A stretch of 64,000 nucleotides of DNA from SAR86 cluster bacterium (GCA_016779525.1 JADHNL010000002.1:4437-68436), one strand, 5' to 3'. Counted from the first letter of the stretch, positions 52,762-62,471 are shown. Numbers and translations are program-made. Notes: a model not told the origin generated them from the sequence alone.

Positions 52762-53462
52762 GTCATGTCTGTTACAAGGAGAGCTTTAAAGATAAAGCAT
52801 TAATTCTTGCAGAAAAGTACTCTTTGAAGTTAAGTCCTCTCGCTGCACAACAGCCATATTTGTACATTAGTGAAAACCCACATATTAAATTTAAAGATAA
52901 AAAGATCATCAGTTCCTTCAGATCTGGTTCTTTCACCAACAGAATTAAAAATTTCCAACGTGAATCACATTTAAAAAAAGCAATTGGTTATGGTGGTGAA
53001 AGTTCAAAAAAGATTTTGGACTGCACTGCAGGATTGGGTCATGATGCATTTATCCTTGCTCTTTTAAAACAAAATGTAACTGTTGTCGAGAAAAATAAGG
53101 GTTTGTGTATATTATTTGAACTTGCTTTAGAAAACTTGCCACAAACCCCTTATTTTCAAGAGGCAAAAGAGAGGATTACAATTATTAACGATGATTCTGC
53201 ATCTTTTGTAGACAAATTGTTCGATTACGATGTTATATATATCGACCCAATGTTTGAGGATAGGGGGAACGCAGGCAGATCAGGTATGATGAGCTTAATT
53301 TCAGATTATTTAGACGATTTCACCGATGTTTCAGATGTTCTTATTCGGTCGAAATTTAATAGATTGGTAATAAAAAGACAAAAACAGTTTAAACAGTCTG
53401 GCAATATAGCGCCAAGCTTCATTCTTCACGGAAAATCAATCAATTTTCATGTATTTATTTAA
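52749..53462 (+). CDS. rsmJ: 16S rRNA (guanine1516-N2)-methyltransferase RsmJ
   Basis: 237 aa. ILDCTAGLGHDAFILA, IYIDPMFE, LVIKRQK align by eye with E. coli RsmJ (YhiQ). Confidence 0.84.
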   Translation: MADISHVCYKESFKDKALILAEKYSLKLSPLAAQQPYLYISENPHIKFKDKKIISSFRSGSFTNRIKNFQRESHLKKAIGYGGESSKKILDCTAGLGHDAFILALLKQNVTVVEKNKGLCILFELALENLPQTPYFQEAKERITIINDDSASFVDKLFDYDVIYIDPMFEDRGNAGRSGMMSLISDYLDDFTDVSDVLIRSKFNRLVIKRQKQFKQSGNIAPSFILHGKSINFHVFI

Positions 53463-53502
53463 ATCTGAGCATTTTGAATTTTTTTGATGGTAATATGTTG
53501 GA

Positions 53503-54033
53503 ATGAATTTTGGACAAGCTTTAGACTCCGCCCTAATCAAAAACTATAAGACATTTAAAGGTCGGGCATGCCGGGCAGAATGGTTTTATTTTTTACTTTT
53601 TAGTGTTGGCCTCACAATTTTACTATCAGTTATAGGAGGCATTGTCTCTGTTGCTGGGTTGGATGTTGAATACCTTGCAACTTTAAGCGAAGAACAGGCT
53701 GCAGAGTATTTGCTCGAAAGTCCACAGTTTGAGTACCTCAAATGGATAAGTATTGTTGTAGGTCTTTTACTTTTCCTCCCATCTCTTTCAGTAACTGTAA
53801 GAAGACTTCAAGATTTGGACTATTCATTTTATTGGGCAATTCCATATTTTCTAACTAGTGCAGTAGCATTAGTGATTAGCTTTGACCCATTAGCTGAGCT
53901 TGCTCAAAGGCTTGGTGGTGCAGTTAATCTAGTGAGCATTGTTTATATACTAGTCTTTTTAAGGAAGGGCTCTTACGGTCCAAATAGGTTTGGAGAGAAT
54001 CCTTTAGAAAAAAATCCTGAAGATACTTACTAA
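53503..54033 (+). CDS. DUF805 family inner-membrane protein
   Basis: 176 aa. FKGRACRAEWFYFLLF and VTVRRLQDLD motifs typical of DUF805 (YhaH/YhaI-like). Confidence 0.75.
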   Translation: MNFGQALDSALIKNYKTFKGRACRAEWFYFLLFSVGLTILLSVIGGIVSVAGLDVEYLATLSEEQAAEYLLESPQFEYLKWISIVVGLLLFLPSLSVTVRRLQDLDYSFYWAIPYFLTSAVALVISFDPLAELAQRLGGAVNLVSIVYILVFLRKGSYGPNRFGENPLEKNPEDTY

Positions 54034-54347
54034 TCTTCTACAACTACACCAGTACCATAAGCGACAACTTCCGATGCTCCTTGAGCTATAGTGCTTGATT
54101 GAAGACGAAAGGCAACTATTGCATTAGCTCCTTTTGTCACCGCATCCTGTTTCATTCGCTCCACAGCCTGATCTCTCGTTTGCTGAAGGAGTCTGGAATA
54201 TTCTTCTACTTCACCTCCAATGATATTTTTTAAGGAAGCAAAAACATCAGCTGCTGCATTTCTTGCTCTTGCAGAGCTGCCTTTTACGTAACCAATAGTT
54301 TTTATTATTTTTTTATCTTCTATCTTCTCAGAAGTTGTAATTATCAT
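54030..54347 (-). CDS. ybjQ: YbjQ/UPF0145 family protein
   Basis: 105 aa. MIITTSE..., GGEV.EY...L...R..A..RM...A...GANAIV pattern. Confidence 0.85.
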   Translation of the reverse strand: MIITTSEKIEDKKIIKTIGYVKGSSARARNAAADVFASLKNIIGGEVEEYSRLLQQTRDQAVERMKQDAVTKGANAIVAFRLQSSTIAQGASEVVAYGTGVVVED

Positions 54348-54409
54348 TCAGATATTATTTATTAAATTCCTTCCAATTCCAAATTAAAAAATATAGAATT
54401 CAAATCTTT

Positions 54410-54619
54410 ATGGCCGTACAAAAAAGCAAAAAGACAAGAAGTAGAGTTGGCATGAGAAGATCTCATGATGCTTTATCTTCAAACTCTCTTTCTACAGATC
54501 AAGTAAGTGGTGAAAAGCACTTAAGACACAACATGTCATCAGATGGGTTCTACAAAGGAAGATTAATAAAAGACCTCAAGAAGAAAGAAAAAGAGCCTGA
54601 AGAAGAGATTCAGCAGTAA
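54410..54619 (+). CDS. rpmF: 50S ribosomal protein L32
   Basis: 69 aa. [23 protein letters not shown]-terminus and an acidic/lysine-rich tail. Confidence 0.93.
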   Translation: MAVQKSKKTRSRVGMRRSHDALSSNSLSTDQVSGEKHLRHNMSSDGFYKGRLIKDLKKKEKEPEEEIQQ

Positions 54620-54624
54620 ATCCT

Positions 54625-55557
54625 ATGAGTTTTTCATTTCTTTTCCCTGGCCAAGGGTCACAATACAATGGCATGTTCAAGGACCATTTTGAAGAATTCC
54701 CTGAATTTTCAGAAATATTAGGACAAGGCGAAGAGTTTTACAAAGAGGACTTAAAAGACATTATCTTCAATGATGACCCAAGATTATCTGATACTTACTA
54801 TACCCAACCAATTTTATTGCTAATGAGTTATGCGCTTTATAAAGTTTGGGAGAGACACGGTTGCCCCAATCCAAAAGTAAGTGCTGGACATAGCTTGGGA
54901 GAGGTATCTTCATTATTGTGTGCAGGCGCTTTTTCGTTATCAGGTGCGCTTAAGCTTATAAAATACCGAGCTAGTTTTATGATCGAAAGTAAAGGTGAAA
55001 TGAAGACAAAAATGTCGGCTGTATTAGGCTTAGAAGGCGACAAAATAGTCAATATTTTAAAAAACAGAAGAGCAAATTTTCTTGAGGCAGTCAATCTAAA
55101 TGCACCGCAACAGACGGTCATTGCTGGTAATGCAGATGAGGTTGAAGCAGTAAAAGAGCTGCTCAAGACAGAGGGAGCAAAAAGAATCATAGACCTGACT
55201 GTCTCTGTTCCTTCACATTCATCTTTAATGGGTATAGCCTCATCAAAACTAAAATTAGTTTTGGATGACATAAACATAGATGAACCAAAATTTTCAACAA
55301 TTCAAAATTACGATTCCAAAGTTTCTATTTCAGAGACAGAGGTTAGACACAGGCTAGCTGAACAAATTTCTAATCCTGTTCAATGGGTAGAATCGATGAA
55401 AAAATTAAAAAAATATTCTCTGAATGAGCATCTTGAGATGGGTCCTGGGAAAGTTCTGTGTAGTCTAGCGAAGCAAAATAGGCTTAGTGGCTCCTTTTCA
55501 GCCCTAGATAATATTGATACATTTAAAGAGAAAATTTCAGAATATGGACAAAAATAG
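54625..55557 (+). CDS. fabD: Malonyl CoA-ACP transacylase
   Basis: 310 aa. FLFPGQGSQ, GHSLGE active-site Ser, PSHS motif. Confidence 0.95.
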   Translation: MSFSFLFPGQGSQYNGMFKDHFEEFPEFSEILGQGEEFYKEDLKDIIFNDDPRLSDTYYTQPILLLMSYALYKVWERHGCPNPKVSAGHSLGEVSSLLCAGAFSLSGALKLIKYRASFMIESKGEMKTKMSAVLGLEGDKIVNILKNRRANFLEAVNLNAPQQTVIAGNADEVEAVKELLKTEGAKRIIDLTVSVPSHSSLMGIASSKLKLVLDDINIDEPKFSTIQNYDSKVSISETEVRHRLAEQISNPVQWVESMKKLKKYSLNEHLEMGPGKVLCSLAKQNRLSGSFSALDNIDTFKEKISEYGQK

Positions 55558-56245
55558 AGTTTTAATCACTGGCGGCAGCAGAGGAATAGGAAAAGGTCTG
55601 TGCGATGCATTTCTCTCTGACGGTTATGAGGTTTTGGCCACTTGTCGAGATGCATCACAAATGAGCTCAAAGGACAAGAATCTGATTTACGAAAGCTTGG
55701 ATATCTCTAACCCAATTTCTCTAGAGCAGTTTAAATCAGTTGTTGATGATTTTAAGCCCAGCGTGTTAATCAATAATGCTGGCATTACAAAGGATAATTT
55801 ATTTCTACGAATGTCTGATGAGGAATGGACTGATGTCCTAAATACAAACCTCACCGGTACTTTTAGGGTCACTAAGCTCGTTGCAAAGTTAATGTTAAAA
55901 GCTAAGTGGGGCAGAATTATAAATATAAGCTCTATTTCTGGGATTATGGGCAACGCAGGCCAAACAAACTATTCTGCCTCCAAAGCAGGGATGGATGGTT
56001 TCACAAGATCGCTTGCTAAAGAATTGGGTGCTAGAAATATAACGGTCAATTCTATTTCTCCTGGTTTTATTGAAACTGATATGACCAAGGGGCTTATTGA
56101 TGAGAATTTAATAAAAAAAATACCTTTGGGAAGGGCAGGTCAAGTTAGTGATATTGCCTCTATTGCCTTATTTTTAGCATCGGAGAAAGCTAACTACATT
56201 ACTGGACAAACATTAGTGGTTGATGGCGGACTATTTATGAAGTAA
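55544..56245 (+). CDS. fabG: 3-oxoacyl-ACP reductase
   Basis: Start MDKNRVLITGGSRGIGKG. NNAGITKD, NYSASKAG catalytic motif. Overlaps the fabD end by 14 nt. Confidence 0.95.
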   Translation: MDKNRVLITGGSRGIGKGLCDAFLSDGYEVLATCRDASQMSSKDKNLIYESLDISNPISLEQFKSVVDDFKPSVLINNAGITKDNLFLRMSDEEWTDVLNTNLTGTFRVTKLVAKLMLKAKWGRIINISSISGIMGNAGQTNYSASKAGMDGFTRSLAKELGARNITVNSISPGFIETDMTKGLIDENLIKKIPLGRAGQVSDIASIALFLASEKANYITGQTLVVDGGLFMK

Positions 56246-56281
56246 AGTACGCCATTACTAATACTTATTTTTGGAGAAATT

Positions 56282-56515
56282 ATGAGCGAAGTTCTAAATA
56301 AAGTTGTAGACATAGTTTGCGATCAACTTTCTGTAAGCAAAGATGATGTTAACCCTGAGTCCTCTTTCGTAGAAGATCTAGGAGCAGATTCACTTGATAC
56401 AGTAGAGCTAGTTATGGCTTTCGAAGAAGAATTTGAGTTAGAAATTCCTGATGACGAAGCCGAAAAAATTACCACAATTCAAAGTGCAGTTGAGTGGATC
56501 GAAGGCAATAGCTAA
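56282..56515 (+). CDS. acpP: Acyl carrier protein
   Basis: 77 aa. The [19 protein letters not shown] motif contains the phosphopantetheine Ser. Confidence 0.98.
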   Translation: MSEVLNKVVDIVCDQLSVSKDDVNPESSFVEDLGADSLDTVELVMAFEEEFELEIPDDEAEKITTIQSAVEWIEGNS

Positions 56516-57476
56516 GAAAACACTAATTGTATCAGTTGTAATTGGAGTTTTGCTTTTCGCAGCAAAATTCAGCTATTCAGTAAATCAAGAAATACCCCTG
56601 TCTGAGGGAAACACTACCTTTGTAATCAAGAAAGGGGATACATTTAATTCTGTTATTGAGAGAATAAGTAGGGAGCTTGGCACATCGGATGTATTTTGGA
56701 CAAAATTAGTTTATAAAATTCATGGCACACCAATTGTAAAAGCCGGCCGCTATAACATTTATCCTGAAACAAGACTTAATCAATTAATAAAACGATTCTC
56801 TGATGGAGATATTGAAAGATTCAGGTTCACAATTATCGAGGGCACCATTGCATCTAGAGCAGAGTTTAAACTTAAGGATATTATCGAGCTTAATAATTTA
56901 GATATATCTATCGATGAGGAAATAAAAGCATTTTTTTCAAAGGAAGCAATGATCTTTCCTGATACTTATTTTTTCTCTGACAGCGATGATTTAAAGAGAG
57001 TCCTGCAAACATCAAAAGAGTCGTTGCATGAATATTTACAGGACTTGTGGCAGCAAAAACCTAATAGCAATCCTTTAAAAACACCAGAAGAGGCTCTAGT
57101 GCTGGCATCAATGATCGAAAGAGAGGCCATGCTGACCTCAGAACAGCAAACTATAGCATCTGTATTCCTTTTTCGGTTGGTTAAAGGAATGAGACTGCAG
57201 TCTGACCCAACATCTTCTTATGGGTATTACCAAGATTATGGCGAAAAGATAGGCAGAAAAGTTCTGGTAGATCAAAATGAGTTTAATACTTATAAGATTG
57301 ATGGTCTTCCTCCAAGCCCTATTTGCTATCCTTCAAAATCAGCAATTGAAGCTGCAATAAAGTCTGTTCCTGGTGAATATCTTTTTTTTGTTGCGAAAGG
57401 GGATGGATCCCATGTATTTTCAAAAAACTACGAAGATCACAACAAAGCTGTAAAAAAATACATTTACAGTAAATAA
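56451..57476 (+). CDS. mltG: Endolytic murein transglycosylase MltG (YceG)
   Basis: 341 aa. N-terminal TM, LysM-like region ([10 protein letters not shown]), YceG motifs ([29 protein letters not shown]). Every candidate start (ATG 56451, GTG 56484, TTG 56490) lies inside the acpP 3' end. Confidence 0.88.
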   Translation: MTKPKKLPQFKVQLSGSKAIAKKTLIVSVVIGVLLFAAKFSYSVNQEIPLSEGNTTFVIKKGDTFNSVIERISRELGTSDVFWTKLVYKIHGTPIVKAGRYNIYPETRLNQLIKRFSDGDIERFRFTIIEGTIASRAEFKLKDIIELNNLDISIDEEIKAFFSKEAMIFPDTYFFSDSDDLKRVLQTSKESLHEYLQDLWQQKPNSNPLKTPEEALVLASMIEREAMLTSEQQTIASVFLFRLVKGMRLQSDPTSSYGYYQDYGEKIGRKVLVDQNEFNTYKIDGLPPSPICYPSKSAIEAAIKSVPGEYLFFVAKGDGSHVFSKNYEDHNKAVKKYIYSK

Positions 57477-57483
57477 TATAGCA

Positions 57484-58098
57484 ATGTTTATTTCTTTTGA
57501 GGGAATTGAAGGCTCCGGCAAATCTACTCAAATAAAATTACTAAGAGAGTTTTTAAATCAAGAGGGTTTAAGCCCAGTTGTCATACGCGAACCAGGCGGT
57601 ACGCAAATAGGGGAAAAGGTTAGAGATATTTTCTTAACAAAAACCGATGAGCATTTTGACCCTTTAACGGAAGTTTTATTGCTTTATTCATCTCGTAAAC
57701 AGCTCGATACCAATGTAATTAAACCAGCTCTTAAAGATGGTAAAATTGTGATTGCAGACAGATTTGCGGATGCAACTGTAGCTTATCAGGCCTATGGAAA
57801 GAATGTTTCCAAAGACTTTATTGCTCAATTACACAGTGATCTAGAAATATCAAATCCCGATCTAACCTTTTTCATCGATATTTCACCAGAATTATCAAAA
57901 GCAAGAATTTCAGATCGTGAATCAGACAGGATGGAAAGTGAATCCACTGAATTTTTTTCTAAAGTTAGGTCAGGCTATCAAGCTTGTGCCAATAATAGTG
58001 AGAAAGTTATAACCATTGAAGGAACAGACACAATTGAAAATATTTTTCTTAAAATTAAAGAGGCTGTCACAAAAAAATTAAATGTATCAATGGAATAA
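57484..58098 (+). CDS. tmk: Thymidylate kinase
   Basis: 204 aa. FISFEGIEGSGKSTQ P-loop, DRF motif, LID arginines. Confidence 0.95.
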   Translation: MFISFEGIEGSGKSTQIKLLREFLNQEGLSPVVIREPGGTQIGEKVRDIFLTKTDEHFDPLTEVLLLYSSRKQLDTNVIKPALKDGKIVIADRFADATVAYQAYGKNVSKDFIAQLHSDLEISNPDLTFFIDISPELSKARISDRESDRMESESTEFFSKVRSGYQACANNSEKVITIEGTDTIENIFLKIKEAVTKKLNVSME

Positions 58099-58888
58099 AG
58101 ATTTTTTAGCAAATCCACGAAGAGTTCGGCCTAAAACAATCTTTTATGGCAGCACAGGAGATGATATTCATAAAATTGTTTCAATCCTTGTGCTTAAACA
58201 CTTAAATCAAATATACAAAAAGGAAATTAAACTCACTCAAAGTTTGAACGATTTAGCGCTTCCTAATTTCTTCTTTTTAAAAAAAGAGGATGGGAAGTCA
58301 AATATCCCGATTGAGGAAATAAGAAAACCAAAAGAATTTCTTAACTTAAAAAGCACTTTCGGCAAAATGCTTTATATTCAAGGCGGACAAGATATTCGTG
58401 TCGATGGTTACAACGCTTTGTTGAAGACGGTTGAGGATTCAGATTCATCAACTTTTATCTGGATCTCCGCTGAAAATTTAAAATCAATTCCAGCTACTAT
58501 TTTAAGCAGATTTGATCAGGTAAAAATACCCTCTCCTAAAACAAGCAGCATCAAAGAATACTTTGAACAAAAAACAATAAAATTTGATGATAGAATGCTG
58601 ACTTTTTTAGCTCAAAATCCAAATGTAATGATGGTGGATGATTTTCACTTAGTGCTTAGAAGATTTGATGAGGTCTTGCAGTCAAAAGATATAGCTTCAA
58701 TTGAAAAATCTGAATTTAGACTATTCATTGACTACCTGATATTCAATAACAAGCAAGGGATACACTTAGACAACAAGCAAGCTTTAAAGAGGCTTAAGTT
58801 GTTAACAGAAGTAAAAAAATCTTTACTTTCAGCTCATAATCTTAGTCTTGATGTGATTCGGCTTAGAGTTACTTCTTGTCTCGGTTAG
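58082..58888 (+). CDS. holB: DNA polymerase III delta-prime subunit (short, divergent)
   Basis: 268 aa. YNALLKTVEDSDSSTFIWISAENLKSIPATILSRFDQVKIPSP aligns with E. coli ANALLKTLEEPPAETWFFLATREPERLLATLRSRCRLHYLAPP. tmk-holB synteny. Degenerate P-loop and no zinc module. Confidence 0.8.
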   Translation: MYQWNKDFLANPRRVRPKTIFYGSTGDDIHKIVSILVLKHLNQIYKKEIKLTQSLNDLALPNFFFLKKEDGKSNIPIEEIRKPKEFLNLKSTFGKMLYIQGGQDIRVDGYNALLKTVEDSDSSTFIWISAENLKSIPATILSRFDQVKIPSPKTSSIKEYFEQKTIKFDDRMLTFLAQNPNVMMVDDFHLVLRRFDEVLQSKDIASIEKSEFRLFIDYLIFNNKQGIHLDNKQALKRLKLLTEVKKSLLSAHNLSLDVIRLRVTSCLG

Positions 58889-60377
58889 GTCTTGGAAAAA
58901 AAGAGTTTTCTTGCTCAAATGCATAAGCAAAATTAATAATCTTTGCTTCTTCCCAAGCTGAGGCAAAAAATGATAGTCCAACTGGCAAGCCTTCAACGTA
59001 ATCAAGAGGAATTGTTATATGAGGGTAGCCGGCAACAGCAGATAAACCTCCATTCCCCCAAGAAAGCCCATTAAAGCCTCTAGAGTCGCCATTCTCATGA
59101 TCAGTTTTCCATGCTGGGTTTCTGGTTAGTCCTACCAGACCATCCAGGCTATCTCTCACTAACAAACCGTCTATTTGACTTTGAGCTCTAGATACAATTA
59201 ACTCAACGCCCTTTTGATACTTATCTTCATCTGTTGCTGACACGCTATCAAGAAAAATTTCATGGCCAAAGTGCTTTAAGACACTTTCAGAATTTTCTTC
59301 ATTAAAAGCAATTAAATCAGACAAGCTATTCATGCCCGATGCACTTGATTCTAGGTATTTATTAACTCCTTCCCTAAATTCATAAAGCAACACATAGTAT
59401 TCATTATCCCATTTGTAGTTGCTTTGGATATCAAAGTTAACTCTTAGCACTTCTGCGCCTAGTTTGCTTAGTATTGCTTCGGATTTTTCTAATAATACTT
59501 TTTCATAGTCAGAAACTTCTTCTGGAAAGATGAGGCCAATCCTTTTTCCAAGGAGCGATTGCTTACTCATGCTTAGCAGGGCTTCGAAATCATAGTTTTT
59601 TGGAATTTCTTTAGTAGCAGGGTCTTTAGGGTCTGTTCCAGATATGGCGTGAAGAACTGCAGCTGCATCACTGACACTTCTCGCCATTGGTCCGGCTGTA
59701 TCTTGCGTTTCAGAGATAGGAATAATTCCATCTCTACTTACTAAGCCAACTGTAGGCTTAATTCCAACAATGCCATTTATTGAGGCAGGACAGCTAATTG
59801 AACCATTTGTTTCAGTGCCTATTGCAACGGGAACAAGACCTTCAGCAACAACTGCTGCACTACCTGAACTTGATCCGCATGGGTTGAAGCTTAAGTCGTA
59901 AGGATTGTTAGTTTGCCCTCCATAACTTGACCACCCACTGGTTGAAGGGTTGCCCCTGAAGTTAGCCCACTCAGATAAATTTGCTTTACCAGCCAAGACA
60001 AAGCCCGAATTTTTTAGTAGTTTTACTATGTGTGCGTCATCTTTTGGGAAATTATCAAGCATTGCCAATGATCCTGCAGTATTTGCAAGACCTACCGAAT
60101 CAATATTGTCTTTAATTACGATTGGCACGCCTCGCCATGCCGACCTTCTGCTGTAAACGTAATTCTTATAAAGATCTTGATCAGAATAAAGGGCAATTAC
60201 AGCATTCACATCACCATCTGCTTCCTCTAAGTAACTTAGGTATTCTTTGTAAAAAGCTCTTTTGTTGTTTGAGCTATCAAGCAACTGTTTAAATTCATCC
60301 AGCGATAAGTCTTTAAAATTGTTTTCGCTGTATGCAAGGAAAGATATGAGGAAAAAAAAGATGGTTCTACTTAACAT
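58869..60377 (-). CDS. Secreted amidase-signature (AS) family amidase
   Basis: 502 aa. N-terminal signal peptide (MLSRTIFFFLISFLAYS), AS motif GSSSGSAAVVA, Ser-cisSer-Lys context (KDNID, TETNGSI). Confidence 0.88.
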   Translation of the reverse strand: MLSRTIFFFLISFLAYSENNFKDLSLDEFKQLLDSSNNKRAFYKEYLSYLEEADGDVNAVIALYSDQDLYKNYVYSRRSAWRGVPIVIKDNIDSVGLANTAGSLAMLDNFPKDDAHIVKLLKNSGFVLAGKANLSEWANFRGNPSTSGWSSYGGQTNNPYDLSFNPCGSSSGSAAVVAEGLVPVAIGTETNGSISCPASINGIVGIKPTVGLVSRDGIIPISETQDTAGPMARSVSDAAAVLHAISGTDPKDPATKEIPKNYDFEALLSMSKQSLLGKRIGLIFPEEVSDYEKVLLEKSEAILSKLGAEVLRVNFDIQSNYKWDNEYYVLLYEFREGVNKYLESSASGMNSLSDLIAFNEENSESVLKHFGHEIFLDSVSATDEDKYQKGVELIVSRAQSQIDGLLVRDSLDGLVGLTRNPAWKTDHENGDSRGFNGLSWGNGGLSAVAGYPHITIPLDYVEGLPVGLSFFASAWEEAKIINFAYAFEQENSFFPRPNRDKK

Positions 60378-60388
60378 AGAACCATCTT
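60351..60388 (-). terminator. Strong intrinsic terminator downstream of amtB, overlapping the amidase start codon
   Basis: The minus strand reads AAGAUGGUUCUA-UGUUAAG-UAGAACCAUCUU (12-bp perfect stem, 7-nt loop) followed by UUUUUUC. Confidence 0.75.
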
Positions 60389-60495
60389 ATAAAATTTATG
60401 GTAATTTTCTAGTACAAAGAATTAGAGAGAGCGCTTAAACTAAAATACAAAGGGCTATTAGGATTAAATCTAAACTCTCTCTCCAAACTCAATGA

Positions 60496-61743
60496 CTAAA
60501 ACTCTGGGTAGGCTTCAACACCTATTTCTTCAGCATCCAACCCTTTCTTTTGAATTTCATCAGAGGCTCTAACTGGAGCTACCAAATTTAGTAAAAATAG
60601 GAACGCATAGGTCAATACAAACCCCCAGAGGACAATTGAAACAACGCCATACAGCTGAGAACCAAATGTTGCTTCCGCGTTGGTAAATGGCACAACCATA
60701 ACACCAAATATTCCAGCTGCTCCATGGGCGGAAATAGCACCCACCGGGTCATCAACTTTAAAGAATTGTTCGAATGCAACCAATGCTCCATAACAAATTA
60801 GACCGCCAATAGCTCCAATTAGAGTAGCTTCATAACCACTTGGAGATAATGGATCTGCAGTTATTGAAACTAGTCCTGATATGGCACCATTTAATGCATA
60901 AATGATGTTGGTTTTTTTGAAGAACACTCTGGCAACCACTAAACATGAAATAACACCTCCTGCAGCAGCCATATTAGTATTTAGGAATACTTGAGCTACA
61001 GCATTAGCGTTTTCAACGTCTTGTATTGCAAGTTGTGAACCGCCATTAAAACCAAACCAACCCAACCATAGAACAAAAGTTCCCAATGCAGCAATTGGAA
61101 TATTTGCACCGTAAAGTTTATTTGTTTCAGCTACAGGAAAAAGCCCATAACGCTTACCTGACACTTTGCCATATTTACCGAGTCTTGGACCAATAAATAT
61201 TGCTGCAGCTAAGGCACATGCAGCTCCAATTAAATGGACTGTTCCTGAACCAGCAAAATCTGAGTAGCCATCTTGTTTTAAGAATCCGCCACCCCAATTC
61301 CAGAAACCTTGCACAGGGTAAATGAAAGCTGCTATAAAGACGACCAAAGCAAAAAATGGCCATTGGTTCATTCTCTCAGCAACAGCACCCGATACAATTG
61401 AGCAAGCTGTGGCAACAAAAACTACTTGAAAGAAAAAATCAGCAGATTCTGAGTAGCCATAACCATCAACGACTGTATCAGCAGTAGTGCTTCCAAAACT
61501 AAAATCGTAAGCTGGCACGATTGTTCCAACGGGAACGTCGCCTGGGTACATTACCATGTACCCACATAATAAATACATGAAGCAAGCAATTGAGTAAAGG
61601 CCGATATTTTTTGTAACTATTTCAGCCGTATTTTTTCTTCTGACAAGACCTGCCTCAAGCATGGTAAAGCCTGCTGCCATCCACATGACTAAAGCAGCAG
61701 TTATCAACATATATAACGTATTTAAAGCGTATTCGATTTCCAT
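60496..61743 (-). CDS. amtB: Ammonium transporter (Amt family)
   Basis: 415 aa with 11 TM-like segments. Motifs DFAGSGTVHLIGA, WLGWFGFNGGS, ISAHGAAGIFG. Confidence 0.96.
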   Translation of the reverse strand: MEIEYALNTLYMLITAALVMWMAAGFTMLEAGLVRRKNTAEIVTKNIGLYSIACFMYLLCGYMVMYPGDVPVGTIVPAYDFSFGSTTADTVVDGYGYSESADFFFQVVFVATACSIVSGAVAERMNQWPFFALVVFIAAFIYPVQGFWNWGGGFLKQDGYSDFAGSGTVHLIGAACALAAAIFIGPRLGKYGKVSGKRYGLFPVAETNKLYGANIPIAALGTFVLWLGWFGFNGGSQLAIQDVENANAVAQVFLNTNMAAAGGVISCLVVARVFFKKTNIIYALNGAISGLVSITADPLSPSGYEATLIGAIGGLICYGALVAFEQFFKVDDPVGAISAHGAAGIFGVMVVPFTNAEATFGSQLYGVVSIVLWGFVLTYAFLFLLNLVAPVRASDEIQKKGLDAEEIGVEAYPEF

Positions 61744-61752
61744 ATTAGCCCT

Positions 61753-62349
61753 TTAAAATGATGCTCCGACAGTAAAAAATAGCCCGTCCTCATCTTCTAG
61801 TCCTGATGCACTATCGGCCGTAAATGAGCTATAACCCAAAGACGCGTCATATTCACCTAAAGAAAATCCATAACCGACTAGAAAGTTAGATCCTGTGTCT
61901 TCGTAATCTCCATAAGAAAATGAGAAATCACCAAAACCATATGATATGTCGTAATAGTCACCAAATTCATCACCAAGGTAGTATGAGAAACCCACACCGG
62001 CATATGACAACGCTACGTAAATCTCTGAAAAATCGGCATCCGTTACCTCAGGGTAAGCATAATTGATGTAACCAACATCCCATCCAAGACCACCATCGGT
62101 TTCACCCGCGTAGCCTATATAGGTATCAAGTTCCAGACCTGCACCACCAAAAGCAACATTAGAACCCCAAGTACCAGCATAAAAGCCACCTTCAGAGCTA
62201 TAATCAAATCCACCACTGTATGCGGGAGCATCCATAGTTTGGGACATCCCTCGCCAGAAGTAATTTGATGAAAATGAAAAGTTTGAGGACACACCTGCAA
62301 ACACATTCAACGTTAGAAATATGGCTAAAGCCATCATTCCTTTTTTCAT
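61753..62349 (-). CDS. Small outer-membrane beta-barrel protein (TIGR02001/Gcw_chp-like) co-transcribed with amtB
   Basis: 198 aa. Signal peptide, SSNYFWRGMSQT and aromatic/Gly-rich alternating strands, terminal F. Only 9 nt upstream of amtB. Family assignment is from memory. Confidence 0.78.
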   Translation of the reverse strand: MKKGMMALAIFLTLNVFAGVSSNFSFSSNYFWRGMSQTMDAPAYSGGFDYSSEGGFYAGTWGSNVAFGGAGLELDTYIGYAGETDGGLGWDVGYINYAYPEVTDADFSEIYVALSYAGVGFSYYLGDEFGDYYDISYGFGDFSFSYGDYEDTGSNFLVGYGFSLGEYDASLGYSSFTADSASGLEDEDGLFFTVGASF

Positions 62350-62418
62350 AAAAACATCTCCTTATTAAAAATAAGTGTGTTAAGAATTGAAAAAGGGCTA
62401 AACCTTCATAGTTTAGTA

Positions 62419-62471
62419 GCCGCGTTCCTTCAGCTTTCGCTTACTTCCGTCCTCGAAGAGGATGAACGATT
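62419..62471 (-). ncRNA. glnA RNA motif (glutamine riboswitch) in the porin-amtB leader
   Basis: The minus strand reads AUCGUUCA-UCCUC-UUCG-GAGGA-CGGAAGUA-AGC-GAAA-GCU-GAAGGAACGCGG. This gives P1 CGUUC/GAACG, two GNRA/UNCG-capped stems, and the conserved ACGGAAGUA and GAAGGAACG junction strings of the glnA motif. Confidence 0.8.

Noticed and set aside
60421-60490. The AGAGAGAG ... CTCTCTCT inverted repeat after amtB as the operon terminator.
   Set aside because: The loop is about 45 nt and there is no adjacent U-tract. The 12-bp hairpin plus U-run at 60351-60388 is the convincing terminator. The repeat may only add structure to the 3' UTR.
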